From positions 180 to 64,179 of the forward strand of contig CAUPZQ010000007.1 of NCBI GenBank assembly GCA_963515915.1: 64,000 bases of DNA, given 5' to 3'. Origin of the DNA: an uncultured Campylobacter sp. Lineage in GTDB: Bacteria > Campylobacterota > Campylobacteria > Campylobacterales > Campylobacteraceae. This document shows positions 1 through 9,648 of the stretch, piece by piece (within the stretch, counting starts at the first letter, position 1; each line of letters starts with the position of its first letter). Made by a program: the position numbers and the translations under genes. The notes under the pieces were generated by a model that was given only the letters and a program-made list of their open reading frames with translations, did no database searches and had not been told where the DNA came from.

Positions 1-243
1 AAATACCGCTGCGATACAAAGGGCCTGCGCGATGCTAAGAGTGCCGCTTCCGACGCTGGTGCCGAAGGAATTTGCCACGTCGTTTCCGCCGATATTAAAG
101 GCCATAAAGATGCCCAAAAATACCGAAACTAAAAATAGCATTTTATCGCCGCTTCCTATAAAACCGAATCCCCAGATAAGAAAATAGATTGTTACGCCGC
201 AGAATATGCCGTAGAAAATGAGACTTATCTTGCTAGATTTCAT
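1..243 (-). CDS. Inorganic phosphate transporter, PiT family (first 81 codons; gene runs off the window start)
   Basis: Reverse-complement translation from the ATG at 243-241 gives MKSSKISLIFYGIFCGVTIYFLIWGFGFIGSGDKMLFLVSVFLGIFMAFNIGGNDVANSFGTSVGSGTLSIAQALCIAAVF. The GGNDVANSFGTSVGSG block is the PiT/PHO4 signature. It is absent from the ORF track because the window edge truncates it. Confidence 0.8.
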   Translation of the reverse strand, partial: MKSSKISLIFYGIFCGVTIYFLIWGFGFIGSGDKMLFLVSVFLGIFMAFNIGGNDVANSFGTSVGSGTLSIAQALCIAAVF

Positions 244-416
244 AGCTCTCCCTTAAAATCCGCGAAATTTTACCACACGCGCCTTAATCCCCACTAAATC
301 GCACGGGCGAGGTATATAAATTTTAATTTTAAAAGCGAATTTAGTGGCGCGCGCTAAGCTTTATTAAATCAATACTTCGTTACAATCCGCATTAAATTTT
401 AAAACCGAGGCGAAAA

Positions 417-806
417 ATGTCTAGAATTCCGCTGCAAAGCCCATATTTCGGAATATTCATAATGCTAATCCTGGCTTTTTGCGTCTTTTCGCTCATCGTT
501 AAACTATCCTCTTTGGTAGGCTCGCGTTTGGCAGACAGGCGCGACGAGCGGCTAAAGGGTGAAATTTACGAAAGCGGACCCGAGGCCGTCAAGCAGCCCA
601 ACCGAATGAACTCCCACTTTTTTTTGATAGCCGTGCTTTTCATACTTTTTGACGTCGAGATTATCTTTATGTTTCCATGGGCGGTAAATTTTAAAATTTT
701 AGGCGTGTTCGGGCTCGTGGAGATGGCGTTTTTCATCGTATTATTAGGCATCGGTTTCATCTACGCCTGGAAAAAAGGAGCGCTAAATTGGCAGAGCATA
801 AGATAA
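417..806 (+). CDS. nuoA: NADH:quinone oxidoreductase subunit A
   Basis: 129 aa with 3 TM segments. The [13 protein letters not shown] block is typical of NuoA/ND3. It is the first gene of a colinear nuo cluster. Confidence 0.9.
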   Translation: MSRIPLQSPYFGIFIMLILAFCVFSLIVKLSSLVGSRLADRRDERLKGEIYESGPEAVKQPNRMNSHFFLIAVLFILFDVEIIFMFPWAVNFKILGVFGLVEMAFFIVLLGIGFIYAWKKGALNWQSIR

Positions 807-1297
807 ACTACGCGCGCGAAAACGGACTTCCCGTAGTTCTCACCACCGTCGATAAGCTGATCGCGTGGGGCAGGAGTAACTCTTTGTGGGCGATGACATA
901 CGGGCTTGCGTGCTGTGCGATCGAGATGATGGCGGCGGGCGCGGGCAGATTCGACTTCGACCGCTTCGGCACGATATTTCGCGCAAGCGCCAAGCAATCG
1001 GATGTGATGATAATCGCAGGCACGCTTAGTAAAAAGCACGCCGAGTTTACGCGCCGCCTATACGACGCGATGCCAGAGCCCAAATGGGTCATCAGCATGG
1101 GTAGCTGCGCCAATACCGGAGGGATGTTTAATACCTACGCGACCGTGCAGGGTTGCGACCGCATAGTGCCCGTGGATATCTATCTGCCTGGATGTGCGCC
1201 TCGCCCTGAGACGCTGCAGTTTGCGCTGATGGTACTGCAAAAAAAGATCCGCACCCAAACCCCGCGCCGCGCGCAAAAGGCAAAAAGGCTGATCTGA
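788..1297 (+). CDS. nuoB: NADH:quinone oxidoreductase subunit B
   Basis: TTG start overlaps the nuoA end. The [15 protein letters not shown] and PGCAPRPE motifs are the N2 Fe-S ligand motifs of NuoB/PSST. Confidence 0.93.
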   Translation: MAEHKINYARENGLPVVLTTVDKLIAWGRSNSLWAMTYGLACCAIEMMAAGAGRFDFDRFGTIFRASAKQSDVMIIAGTLSKKHAEFTRRLYDAMPEPKWVISMGSCANTGGMFNTYATVQGCDRIVPVDIYLPGCAPRPETLQFALMVLQKKIRTQTPRRAQKAKRLI

Positions 1298-2085
1298 TGA
1301 GAAAATTTAATCCCAAAGGCGATCAGAGTAAAAAAAATTACTACAAAGACAGATTTTTCGTTCCCGAAGAAACGCCGAAGTTGGAGGTAGCCAAAAGCGA
1401 TTTTAAAGACGATCTGGACGCGCTTGAAGGCATTCAAATTTTAAACTCATACGTGGAATTTAACACTCTCGTGCTCTATGTGGAGCCTGGACAAAATTTA
1501 GCGGCGCTGCGTGCGCTTAAGAGCGCGGGATATGAAATTTTATGCGAGCTAAGCGGCGTGGATTTTACCGAGGCTCGCGGCGGCATCGAGGTTTTTTATC
1601 AGCTTTTGGATATCAAAAGAGCGCGCCGCGCGCGGCTAAAGTGCTTCGTGCCGAATGAGAGCTTTTTGCAAAGCGCTGCGGGTATCTACAAAAGCGCGAA
1701 CTGGGCGGAGCGCGAGCTATACGATATGATGGGCGTTTGGATTGAAAATCATCCAAATTTGGCGCGCCTAATAATGCCCGATGATTGGTTCGGACACCCG
1801 CTTTTGAAGTCCTACCCGCTGCAAGGAGACGAGTTTGCCAAGTGGTACGAGGTGGATAAAATTTTTGGGGTTGGCGCGCGTGAGCGGATCGGCGAAGAAA
1901 ACCGAAATTCCGCATTCGTGGATGAAAAAGATACCTTTAACTTTACGCGGCTCTATCATGAGGGCGGTTACGGCGAGCCGCGGCCGCAAGAGAAAATTTT
2001 ACAAGAATATCAGGAAGAGGGCGGCGTGCGTTTCGTAAAACGCGTTAAACGCGGAATTTACAAGATCATCACAAAGAGAAAATAA
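1297..2085 (+). CDS. nuoC: NADH:quinone oxidoreductase subunit C
   Basis: ATGA overlap with the nuoB stop. The [18 protein letters not shown] and HPLLKSYPL blocks are typical of the 30-kDa subunit. Confidence 0.9.
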   Translation: MRKFNPKGDQSKKNYYKDRFFVPEETPKLEVAKSDFKDDLDALEGIQILNSYVEFNTLVLYVEPGQNLAALRALKSAGYEILCELSGVDFTEARGGIEVFYQLLDIKRARRARLKCFVPNESFLQSAAGIYKSANWAERELYDMMGVWIENHPNLARLIMPDDWFGHPLLKSYPLQGDEFAKWYEVDKIFGVGARERIGEENRNSAFVDEKDTFNFTRLYHEGGYGEPRPQEKILQEYQEEGGVRFVKRVKRGIYKIITKRK

Positions 2086-3311
2086 TGCAAAATCCAAGCA
2101 AGCTAAGACCGTTTTTCGAAAACATCGAGTACGAGCGCGAGGGCGCGAATATGATCTTAAATTTCGGTCCGCAGCACCCAAGCGCGCACGGCCAGCTAAA
2201 GCTAGTGCTGGAGCTTGACGGCGAGCGTATCGTGCGTGCGCGTCCGGGCGTGGGCTATATGCACCGAGGCATCGAAAAGATGGCAGAAAATATGATCTAC
2301 GCGGAATTCGTCCCCGTAACCGACCGCGTCGATTATGTCGCATCGGGCTCGAACAACTACGGCTTTTGCGCCGCGGTCGAGAAGCTCTGCGGCATCGAAG
2401 TGCCGCGCCGCGCGCAGATCATCCGCACGATCTTGCTGGAGCTTAATCGCATTAGCTCGCACCTTCTGTTTTTGGGTACGCACGCGCTTGACATCGGCGC
2501 GATGACGGTATTTCTCTACTGCTTTCGTTCGCGCGAATACATACTCGATCTCATAGAAAAATACTGCGGCGCGCGCCTTACACACAATAATATCAAAATC
2601 GGCGGCGTGTTTTTGGACCTGCCTAACGGCTGGTTAGAAGAGATGTTGAAATTTTGCGACGAATTCCCGAGCGATATTAAAGAATTTGAAGATATGCTTG
2701 ATACCAATAGAATTTGGCTGATGCGAACCGAGGGCGTGGGCGTGATTTCGCACGAAAATGCCCTTAGCTGTGGCTGTAGCGGAGTAACACTGCGCGCTAG
2801 CGGACATGCGTGGGATATCCGCAAAGAGGAGCCCTATCTCATCTACGACGAGCTTGATTTCGAAGTGCCGTATGCGAGCGAGGGCGACTGCTACGCGCGT
2901 TATAAATGCTATATGGCGGAGATGCGCGAGAGCCTTAAAATTTTGCGCCAGTGCGCGAAGCACTACCCGCTGAGCGATCCGCAAATTTTAGCGATCAATC
3001 CCGCTTACGTAAATCCTAGCAAAGAGCAGATTATGGCGCAAAACTACTCGCTGATGCAGCATTTCGTACTGGTTACGCAGGGCTTACGCCCGCCCGTGGG
3101 CGAAATTTACGCCGCGAGCGAGAGCCCTAAGGGCGAGCTTGGATTTTATATCCGCTCGATGGGCGAAAGTCGTCCGTACCGCCTTAAGATCCGCACGCCG
3201 AGCTTTTGGCACTGCGCGGTCTATGAGGAAATTTTACCCGGGCAGTATCTTGCCGACGCCGCGGCGATCATCGGCAGCACTAATATTATCTTAGGCGAGG
3301 TGGATCGATGA
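2085..3311 (+). CDS. nuoD: NADH:quinone oxidoreductase subunit D
   Basis: 408 aa with [21 protein letters not shown] and C-terminal GEVDR, which are NuoD/49-kDa signatures. Confidence 0.93.
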   Translation: MQNPSKLRPFFENIEYEREGANMILNFGPQHPSAHGQLKLVLELDGERIVRARPGVGYMHRGIEKMAENMIYAEFVPVTDRVDYVASGSNNYGFCAAVEKLCGIEVPRRAQIIRTILLELNRISSHLLFLGTHALDIGAMTVFLYCFRSREYILDLIEKYCGARLTHNNIKIGGVFLDLPNGWLEEMLKFCDEFPSDIKEFEDMLDTNRIWLMRTEGVGVISHENALSCGCSGVTLRASGHAWDIRKEEPYLIYDELDFEVPYASEGDCYARYKCYMAEMRESLKILRQCAKHYPLSDPQILAINPAYVNPSKEQIMAQNYSLMQHFVLVTQGLRPPVGEIYAASESPKGELGFYIRSMGESRPYRLKIRTPSFWHCAVYEEILPGQYLADAAAIIGSTNIILGEVDR

Positions 3312-3538
3312 AACGCTACGATTTAAGGCATCTGGGCGATAAATTTTTAAACCGCATGGGCGAAATTTTAAAAAATTCCGCTCACGGCGAGACGATGATC
3401 TTTATGTTTGAGATGGGCGATTTCAGCGCGGTTCAAAAAAGCGCAGATCTGGTGGAGGGGCTAAATTCCACGCTTTTAAATTCCATCCGATATAACCAGG
3501 TCGATTGGATGATAGTCGCAAAAAAGGGGAGAATATGA
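3308..3538 (+). CDS. Small protein occupying the nuoE slot (C. jejuni Cj1575c-like); not a NuoE homologue
   Basis: 76-aa ORF whose start overlaps the nuoD stop. It has no 2Fe-2S Cys motif. Its position matches the Campylobacter/Helicobacter-type nuo operon. Confidence 0.65.
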   Translation: MKRYDLRHLGDKFLNRMGEILKNSAHGETMIFMFEMGDFSAVQKSADLVEGLNSTLLNSIRYNQVDWMIVAKKGRI

Positions 3539-4242
3539 AAATTTTAAATTTTGCGCCGCTACTTAGACTGCAAAGTCCGGGGCTTACGGAAGGTTTTAAA
3601 CACGCTAAAATTTTAAGCGTATCGCCGTTGCGAGATCCGTATTTAGAAAGTGAGCTGATTAAATGCGAGATCGGCGCGCAAAACTTCGTGCTGGCGCTAA
3701 TCTGCGCGAGCTTTTGCGACGAGCCATATTTCGCGGAGCTGGATCTGGAGTATCTAAACGGCGAAAGCAACGTGGACGAGGAGGAGATCGGGCAGATTTG
3801 CGAGTTTTTACGGGGGGGCTGCGACGCGCTTTTGATCGACGATGCGCTTATTAAAACTCATCCCGATGCCGAAAATATCAAAGCTTTTCTGTCTCTCATA
3901 GCGGCAGAATTCGGAGTTAAAATTTTAAGCTTACGCGGCGAGCAAGTGGAGCTGGCCGCACCGCATGCGGTAAATTTAAGCCCGCTTAAAGAGCCTATGA
4001 ACTTCGACGGCGCCGTGGTTTTCAAACACGATGCGGATGATCGGCTCGTCGGCGGAGTGTATTTTAGTATGGTCGCAAAGATCAAATACGGCGATCGCGT
4101 CCGCATCAAAACGCCGCATTTAAATTTGGAAAAAGAATTTATCCAAGAGGGGTGGATAAATGGCGCGATCGCGCTTCTAGGCTCGGGCGGACGGGGCTTT
4201 AGCGGCTATAATTTCGAACTAGCCGAAATTTCTAAGGTTTAA
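3535..4242 (+). CDS. Protein occupying the nuoF slot (C. jejuni Cj1574c-like); not a NuoF homologue
   Basis: GGGGAG RBS lies a few nt upstream of the ATG at 3535; the ORF track starts earlier, at 3505. I could not see an FMN/NADH glycine-rich motif or a CxxCxxC cluster. It is followed directly by nuoG. Confidence 0.7.
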   Translation: MKILNFAPLLRLQSPGLTEGFKHAKILSVSPLRDPYLESELIKCEIGAQNFVLALICASFCDEPYFAELDLEYLNGESNVDEEEIGQICEFLRGGCDALLIDDALIKTHPDAENIKAFLSLIAAEFGVKILSLRGEQVELAAPHAVNLSPLKEPMNFDGAVVFKHDADDRLVGGVYFSMVAKIKYGDRVRIKTPHLNLEKEFIQEGWINGAIALLGSGGRGFSGYNFELAEISKV

Positions 4243-4243
4243 A

Positions 4244-6937
4244 ATGGCAAAAATCACGATCGACGGTAAAGCTTGCGAGTGCGACGAGGGCGAGTACATC
4301 CTGCAGGTCGCGCGTCGCTGCGGCGTTTTTATCCCTGCGCTTTGTTATCTAAGCGGAGGTACGCCGACGCTCGCATGCAGACTTTGTATGGTCGAAGCGG
4401 ACGGCAAGCGCGTCTATAGCTGCAACGCCAAGGCCAAGGACGGCATGGTCATCTACAGCCGCAGCCCTGAGATCGACGCTGAGCGCGAAGCGATTGCGCA
4501 GGTTTATTGTATCAACCATCCGATGGCGTGCGGGGTTTGCGATCAAAGCGGCGAGTGTGAGCTTCAAAATTTAGCCCATCTGATGCGCACAAATACCCAA
4601 AGCTACGCTATCCGCGATACGGCGCGCGAGGTACAGGATTGGGGATATTTAAGCTACGATCCTAGCCTTTGTATCGTCTGCGAGCGCTGTATCACCGCCG
4701 CAAAAGACCGCTTGGGCGTAGATGCGTTTAAGCTCGTTCCGCGCGGCGGAGACGCGCCGAGCAAGGAGCAAAAGGACGCGATGCCTAAAGACGCCTACGC
4801 CGTGTGGAACAAACTTCAAAAAAGCCTAATCGCGCGGGTAAATGAAAATGATGATTGCGTAAACTACGGCGAGAGCGCGGCGGTCTGCCCGACGGGGGCT
4901 CTAGTAGAGAGCGCGTTTAAATACGTTTCAAACGCCTGGGAGCTGCGTCAAATCCCCGCTTCCAACCCGCACAGCAGCGACTGCGAACTGCTTTATTACG
5001 AGGTCAAGCGCCGCGGCATAGGCGACCCGCGTGAAAAAATTTATCGCGTTAGCAGCGACATAAATTTTAGCGTTCTGCATGCAGGAGCGCGCTTCGGCTG
5101 GGATTTTTCAAACGAGCGGGCGAGCAAAAACGAAGCGGTTTTTAACCGCATCGTGCGCGGCATCGAGGATGGCGAGATCAAAAATATCAAATTTAATAGC
5201 TTTATCACCAACGAAGAGGCGCGGATTTTAGAGCTTTTGCGGCAAAAATTTAAGCTCGCTCTGATTAACGACGAAGCGCTTGCGTATCAAAAATTCCTGC
5301 GCGAATTTTCTAAGCTTAGCGGCACGAAATTTTATAATGCGGATTCGCAGACGGTTAAAAATAGCGATTTCATCGTAGTTTGCGGCACATTTTTACGCAG
5401 CGACGCGCCAAATCTGGGCTATACGGTAAACAGCGCCTGCAAGCTAAATAAGGCAAGCGGGATCTATTTTCATCCGTTTTGCGACGAGGGCATTAAGGGT
5501 TTTGGCAAAAATTTTATCCATCAGCCGCACGCTGCGGGCTTGGAGGCGCAGATCCTGCTTTGGATCTTGCAAAAGTTCGGGCGCGATCTGCCTGAGTGGC
5601 TGGATGCGAAACTCGCGGCGGAATTTGAAATTTCGCGCGCTGCGGCGAAGGAAAATTTAGACGAGAAATCCGTGGGTTCGCAAAATCCTGAAAATTCTGC
5701 GGAGGCAAATGGCTCTGAGAACGTTGCGAGTGCGAGCGGTGCCGAAAATTCCGCAGGCACAAGCGCCGCAGATTCCATAAAGAATTCCGCGCAGAATACC
5801 GAGAATCCTGCGGAAAGTAAAATTTCAAATTTCGCCCGTGCGCTAGGTCTGGATGAGCAAAAAGTAGATGAAATTTTGGCCAAAAAGGAGCATTTTTCGC
5901 TCATCATCGGCGAGGATTTTATCCGCACGCCAAATAGCGCTATGCTCGCGCGGCTGGCAGGCTTGGTGCAGCGCTATACGCCATTTAAAGTACTAGTGAT
6001 GCCGCCGCGCACTAACAGCCTGGGCGTCGCGCTCATCTGTGAGCTTAGCGCGCAAATGAGCGCGGGCGAGACGCTAGGCTACAACGAAGTGGGCGATATA
6101 AGCTTTGGCGTGCTGGAAGCGGATCTGGATGCGCCTAGTTTGGTGCAGCAGGAGGGCACGTTTACGAATTACGACAAGCGCGTGGTGCCTACTAATGCGG
6201 CGCTTGATTACGGCGGATACGAGCTAAACGACATCGCCTGTGCGCTGGGAGTTTGCGCGGAGCACGCGATCGACTATACACCTAGCTTGGGCGCGGATTT
6301 TGAGCCGATTAAATTTGACGATTTAGAAAATTTCTACGACAACGGCGGCGCAAACCACCGCGGATATGAGTTGCGAAACAAGGAGCTCGCTGCTAGCGAG
6401 GAGGAGTTTGAAATTTCGCTTTCAGCGCCGCTTAGCGCGGGCACAGGCGAAACTTTAATCTATGAGGCAAATCCGCTGCATCACTTCAATAAATTTAGCG
6501 GCGCAAGCAGCGGGCTGGGCGAAGCGGGCGCGCTGTATCTAAGCCCTGGCATCGCCGAAGCTCTGGGCGTGAGCGTGGGCGACGTCGTTAAAATTTACAA
6601 AGCGGACGGCGCGAGCAACGATAAAAAAACTAGCGGCGCGGGCAAAACGAGTGCCGCTAATGATAAAAGCGGTGCCGGTCGTGCAAAAAAAGCAGATCGC
6701 GTTAGCGACGCGCATAAAGCAGACGGCGCCGGTGATGAAAACAGCGAAAACGGCGCGACTGAGCTCGTAAATTTAAACTGCGAAATCGTCGCTAGCGTAA
6801 AGACCGATCCAGGCTTTAGCGGGGTGTATCTGCCGTATTTTGACGAGAAACTAGGCGGCGAGATATTTTTCAAAACCTCACGCTACGCAAGCGTGAAAAT
6901 CGATAAAATTCCAAAGGAGAGGGCAGATGAGCGATAG
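4244..6937 (+). CDS. nuoG: NADH:quinone oxidoreductase subunit G, with two internal low-complexity inserts
   Basis: N-terminal Fe-S Cys clusters are present (CYLSGG..CRLC; HPMACGVCDQSGEC; CIVCERC; AAVCPTGA), followed by a long molybdopterin-oxidoreductase-like body. Operon position fits. The 897 aa include the ENSA-type segment (about 5640-5830) and a DKK/GAG segment (about 6600-6760). Confidence 0.9.
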   Translation: MAKITIDGKACECDEGEYILQVARRCGVFIPALCYLSGGTPTLACRLCMVEADGKRVYSCNAKAKDGMVIYSRSPEIDAEREAIAQVYCINHPMACGVCDQSGECELQNLAHLMRTNTQSYAIRDTAREVQDWGYLSYDPSLCIVCERCITAAKDRLGVDAFKLVPRGGDAPSKEQKDAMPKDAYAVWNKLQKSLIARVNENDDCVNYGESAAVCPTGALVESAFKYVSNAWELRQIPASNPHSSDCELLYYEVKRRGIGDPREKIYRVSSDINFSVLHAGARFGWDFSNERASKNEAVFNRIVRGIEDGEIKNIKFNSFITNEEARILELLRQKFKLALINDEALAYQKFLREFSKLSGTKFYNADSQTVKNSDFIVVCGTFLRSDAPNLGYTVNSACKLNKASGIYFHPFCDEGIKGFGKNFIHQPHAAGLEAQILLWILQKFGRDLPEWLDAKLAAEFEISRAAAKENLDEKSVGSQNPENSAEANGSENVASASGAENSAGTSAADSIKNSAQNTENPAESKISNFARALGLDEQKVDEILAKKEHFSLIIGEDFIRTPNSAMLARLAGLVQRYTPFKVLVMPPRTNSLGVALICELSAQMSAGETLGYNEVGDISFGVLEADLDAPSLVQQEGTFTNYDKRVVPTNAALDYGGYELNDIACALGVCAEHAIDYTPSLGADFEPIKFDDLENFYDNGGANHRGYELRNKELAASEEEFEISLSAPLSAGTGETLIYEANPLHHFNKFSGASSGLGEAGALYLSPGIAEALGVSVGDVVKIYKADGASNDKKTSGAGKTSAANDKSGAGRAKKADRVSDAHKADGAGDENSENGATELVNLNCEIVASVKTDPGFSGVYLPYFDEKLGGEIFFKTSRYASVKIDKIPKERADER

Positions 6938-7922
6938 TGCATTTTATTTCGTAGCTACCGTCTTAAAGGCGCTCGTGATTTTAGCCGTCATCGCGCTGCT
7001 CTCGGGGCTTGCGACCTACGCCGAGCGCAAGGTGCTTGCCTTTATGCAGCGCAGGATCGGGCCCTCTATGGTCGGGCCTGCGGGACTTTTGCAGGTTGGC
7101 GCGGATATGATAAAGCTTTTTACCAAAGAGGACGCGATCCCTGCGCGGGCGAATAAGCTTCTTTTCAAAATCGCGCCGATAATATCGGCTACGGGCGCTT
7201 TCGTGGCGCTTTCGGTAGTGCCGCTGCTGCCGGAGTTTACGATCGGCGGGCGGACGATCCAGCCGATTTTAAGCGATATAAATGTGGGAATTTTATTCCT
7301 GCTCGGAGCTAGCGGCACCTGCGTTTACGGACTGCTGATCGGAGGGCTTGCAAGCTACAATAAATGGGGCACGATAGGCGCGTTTCGCGCGTTTTTGCAG
7401 ATCACCTGCTTTGAGGTGATAAACGGCCTTAGCCTGATCCCTATCGTGATGATCACGGGCTCGCTCTCGCTCATCGACATCGTAAGCGCGCAAAGCGGCG
7501 GCATAGATAAGTGGTTTATCTGGAAAGAGCCCGTTTGCTTCGCGCTCTTTCTCATCGCAGCCTTTGTAGAGTGCAACCGCACGCCGCTGTGCCTTACCGA
7601 AAACGAAACCGAGATCGTAGCGGGCGCGGGTACGGCATATTCGGGAATGCGCTGGGGTATGTTTTTTATCGGCGAATACGCCAATATCATAACCTACTCA
7701 GTCGCTACGACGCTGTTGTTTTTGGGCGGATTCAACGCGTTTTGGTTTATCCCCGGCGGCGTTATGATGGTGTTAAAATCAAGCCTCGTGTTTTTCTGCT
7801 TTTTATGGGCGCGCGCGGCGTGGCCGCATCTGCGCCCCGATCAGCTGATGAGGCTTTGCTGGAAAGTCTGCATGCCGCTAGCTCTTGCTTGCGTGCTAAT
7901 TACAGCGCTAGCGATCGTTTAA
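6927..7922 (+). CDS. nuoH: NADH:quinone oxidoreductase subunit H
   Basis: AERKVLAFMQRRIGP motif, 8 TM-type hydrophobic segments, and operon position. Confidence 0.93.
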   Translation: MSDSAFYFVATVLKALVILAVIALLSGLATYAERKVLAFMQRRIGPSMVGPAGLLQVGADMIKLFTKEDAIPARANKLLFKIAPIISATGAFVALSVVPLLPEFTIGGRTIQPILSDINVGILFLLGASGTCVYGLLIGGLASYNKWGTIGAFRAFLQITCFEVINGLSLIPIVMITGSLSLIDIVSAQSGGIDKWFIWKEPVCFALFLIAAFVECNRTPLCLTENETEIVAGAGTAYSGMRWGMFFIGEYANIITYSVATTLLFLGGFNAFWFIPGGVMMVLKSSLVFFCFLWARAAWPHLRPDQLMRLCWKVCMPLALACVLITALAIV

Positions 7923-7932
7923 GGAGGGTGCG

Positions 7933-9123
7933 ATGGCAAGATACATTGAGATCGATAAACGAGCTCCTATTAGATCCGGCGGCGATAAGCTTCGCAGATT
8001 TCTAGCCCGCACCTTTAGTGGCGAGCTTTTCGTGGGGCTGTGGGTTGTTTTGCGAAATATGTTTAAGCGCGGTGGCTCGCATACGCTTCGGTATCCTATG
8101 GAAAAATTTGTCATGCCGCCTAGATACCGCGGCGTGCACAAGCTTATGCGCCTGCTTGAAAGCGGCAGCGAGCGCTGCATCGGATGCGGCTTGTGCGAGA
8201 AGATCTGCGTGGCAAACTGTATCGCGATGGAGACCAGCCTCGGCAGCGACGGTCGCAAAAAAGTAGATAACTACTCGATAAATTTAGGGCGCTGCGTCTA
8301 TTGCGGGCTTTGCGCGGACGTCTGCCCCGAGATCGCTATCGTGCACGGCTGCGAATATGAGCTTGCGAGCGAGCAGCGCGCGTATTACGGCTTTAAAGAG
8401 GATCTTTTGATTCGCGGCGAAAATTTATGTTTAAACGGCGCGGCGCAGGAGTTTGCAGGCTATGGCAGCCTGGATGAAAACGCAGGCGCGCGGATCAAGG
8501 TGACGCCGAATGCCTATATAAAAAGCGACGCCGCAAGCGATGAGCTAAGCTTAAAGAGCGCGGATTCAAATTTAAAAAGCGCCGCGGAAAGCTCTAAAAA
8601 AGAGGGTGTCGCTAGCGATAAAATTCTATTTTCAGGCGGCGCGGGCTTAAGCGGCGAAATTTCAGCCGAGCGGCAAGACGTGGGGCGGGCAAGCTTAAAG
8701 GAAAGATCCACCACGGACGCCGAAAATTCTAAAGAGAATTCCGCGGACGCTGAAAATTCTACGCTTGATTTGGCGCGAAATTCCAAAGGAAATTCCGCCT
8801 CACAAAATGCAAAAGATTCCGCTACGGATAGTAAAAATTTGGCGGAGAATTCTAAAGAAAATTTCGCTCCGCAGAGCGCCGAAGATTCCGCCGCTCAAAG
8901 TAAAAATTTTAAAGATAATTCTGTTGCGTCGCACGCCGAAAATTCTGTCGGTGAGCTTGCTACGGACGGCGATTCTGCGGAAAATTCTAAAGAAAATTCC
9001 GCCATGCAAGACTCGGGGAGTTCCGCCGCGCGAGGTAAAAAATCTAAGGCAAATTCCAAAAAGAATTCCGCCGCGGACGCTGAGAATTCTACGCAAAGCT
9101 CCGCGCAGGGGGAGGAGCAATGA
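7933..9123 (+). CDS. nuoI: NADH:quinone oxidoreductase subunit I with a long C-terminal low-complexity extension
   Basis: Two ferredoxin motifs (CIGCGLCEKICVANC and CVYCGLCADVCPE) lie within the first ~165 aa. The remaining ~225 aa are Asn/Ser/Ala/Glu/Lys-rich repeats (ENSKENSA, NSADAENST x2). Confidence 0.9.
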   Translation: MARYIEIDKRAPIRSGGDKLRRFLARTFSGELFVGLWVVLRNMFKRGGSHTLRYPMEKFVMPPRYRGVHKLMRLLESGSERCIGCGLCEKICVANCIAMETSLGSDGRKKVDNYSINLGRCVYCGLCADVCPEIAIVHGCEYELASEQRAYYGFKEDLLIRGENLCLNGAAQEFAGYGSLDENAGARIKVTPNAYIKSDAASDELSLKSADSNLKSAAESSKKEGVASDKILFSGGAGLSGEISAERQDVGRASLKERSTTDAENSKENSADAENSTLDLARNSKGNSASQNAKDSATDSKNLAENSKENFAPQSAEDSAAQSKNFKDNSVASHAENSVGELATDGDSAENSKENSAMQDSGSSAARGKKSKANSKKNSAADAENSTQSSAQGEEQ

Positions 9124-9647
9124 TACAAACTCTTGCATTTTATTTTTTCAGCGCGGTTTGCCTGGCGCTTTTCGGTATCAGCGTTTTTAGCAAAAACGTC
9201 CTTTATGCCCTTAGCGCGCTGGCTGGCGGCATGGTCTTTATGAGCGGATTTTTCTTCTTGCTGGATGCGGAGTTTTTAGGCGTGGTGCAGATCATAGTTT
9301 ATACCGGCGCCGTGATCGTGCTTTACGGCTTCGCGCTGATGTTTTTGGGCGCGGATAAAAACGTAAGCGAGCCGAAAAAGGGGGCAAGGCTATTTTTCGC
9401 GCTTAGCGGCGTGATCGCATTTTTGCTCGTGATTATCGTGCTTGGCGCAGTGGTCGCAAACAACGTAGAAACGCTTAAAATTTTAAACACCGACGATACC
9501 GAGGCGCTTGGGATGATTATTTTTACGAAATATCTGGCGATTTTCGAGCTTGCCGCCGTGATGCTGCTCGTGGCGATGATCTGCGCTATCGTGCTTGCGC
9601 ATAAGCAGATGGACGCGAGCCTGAGCTACGAAGAGAGCGAGGGGTAA
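9120..9647 (+). CDS. nuoJ: NADH:quinone oxidoreductase subunit J
   Basis: 175 aa, 5 hydrophobic segments, ATGA overlap with the nuoI stop, and operon position. Confidence 0.88.
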   Translation: MIQTLAFYFFSAVCLALFGISVFSKNVLYALSALAGGMVFMSGFFFLLDAEFLGVVQIIVYTGAVIVLYGFALMFLGADKNVSEPKKGARLFFALSGVIAFLLVIIVLGAVVANNVETLKILNTDDTEALGMIIFTKYLAIFELAAVMLLVAMICAIVLAHKQMDASLSYEESEG

Positions 9648-9648
9648 A

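Noticed and set aside
3308-4242. Missing nuoE/nuoF as an assembly error or as pseudogenes
   Set aside because: Both replacement ORFs are intact and translationally coupled to nuoD and nuoG. The arrangement is the established Campylobacter/Helicobacter operon form.
5521-5928. 135-aa and 104-aa antisense ORFs inside nuoG
   Set aside because: Same artefact over the NuoG ENSA-type insert. No independent start signals.
8765-9190. Alternative-frame and antisense ORFs in the nuoI tail (8765-9190 +, 8800-9138 -, 8895-9128 -, 8514-8786 -)
   Set aside because: All of them overlap the nuoI reading frame, which is anchored by the Fe-S motifs and by stop/start coupling to nuoJ. GAAAATTC-type repeats lack stop codons in most frames, so these are composition artefacts.
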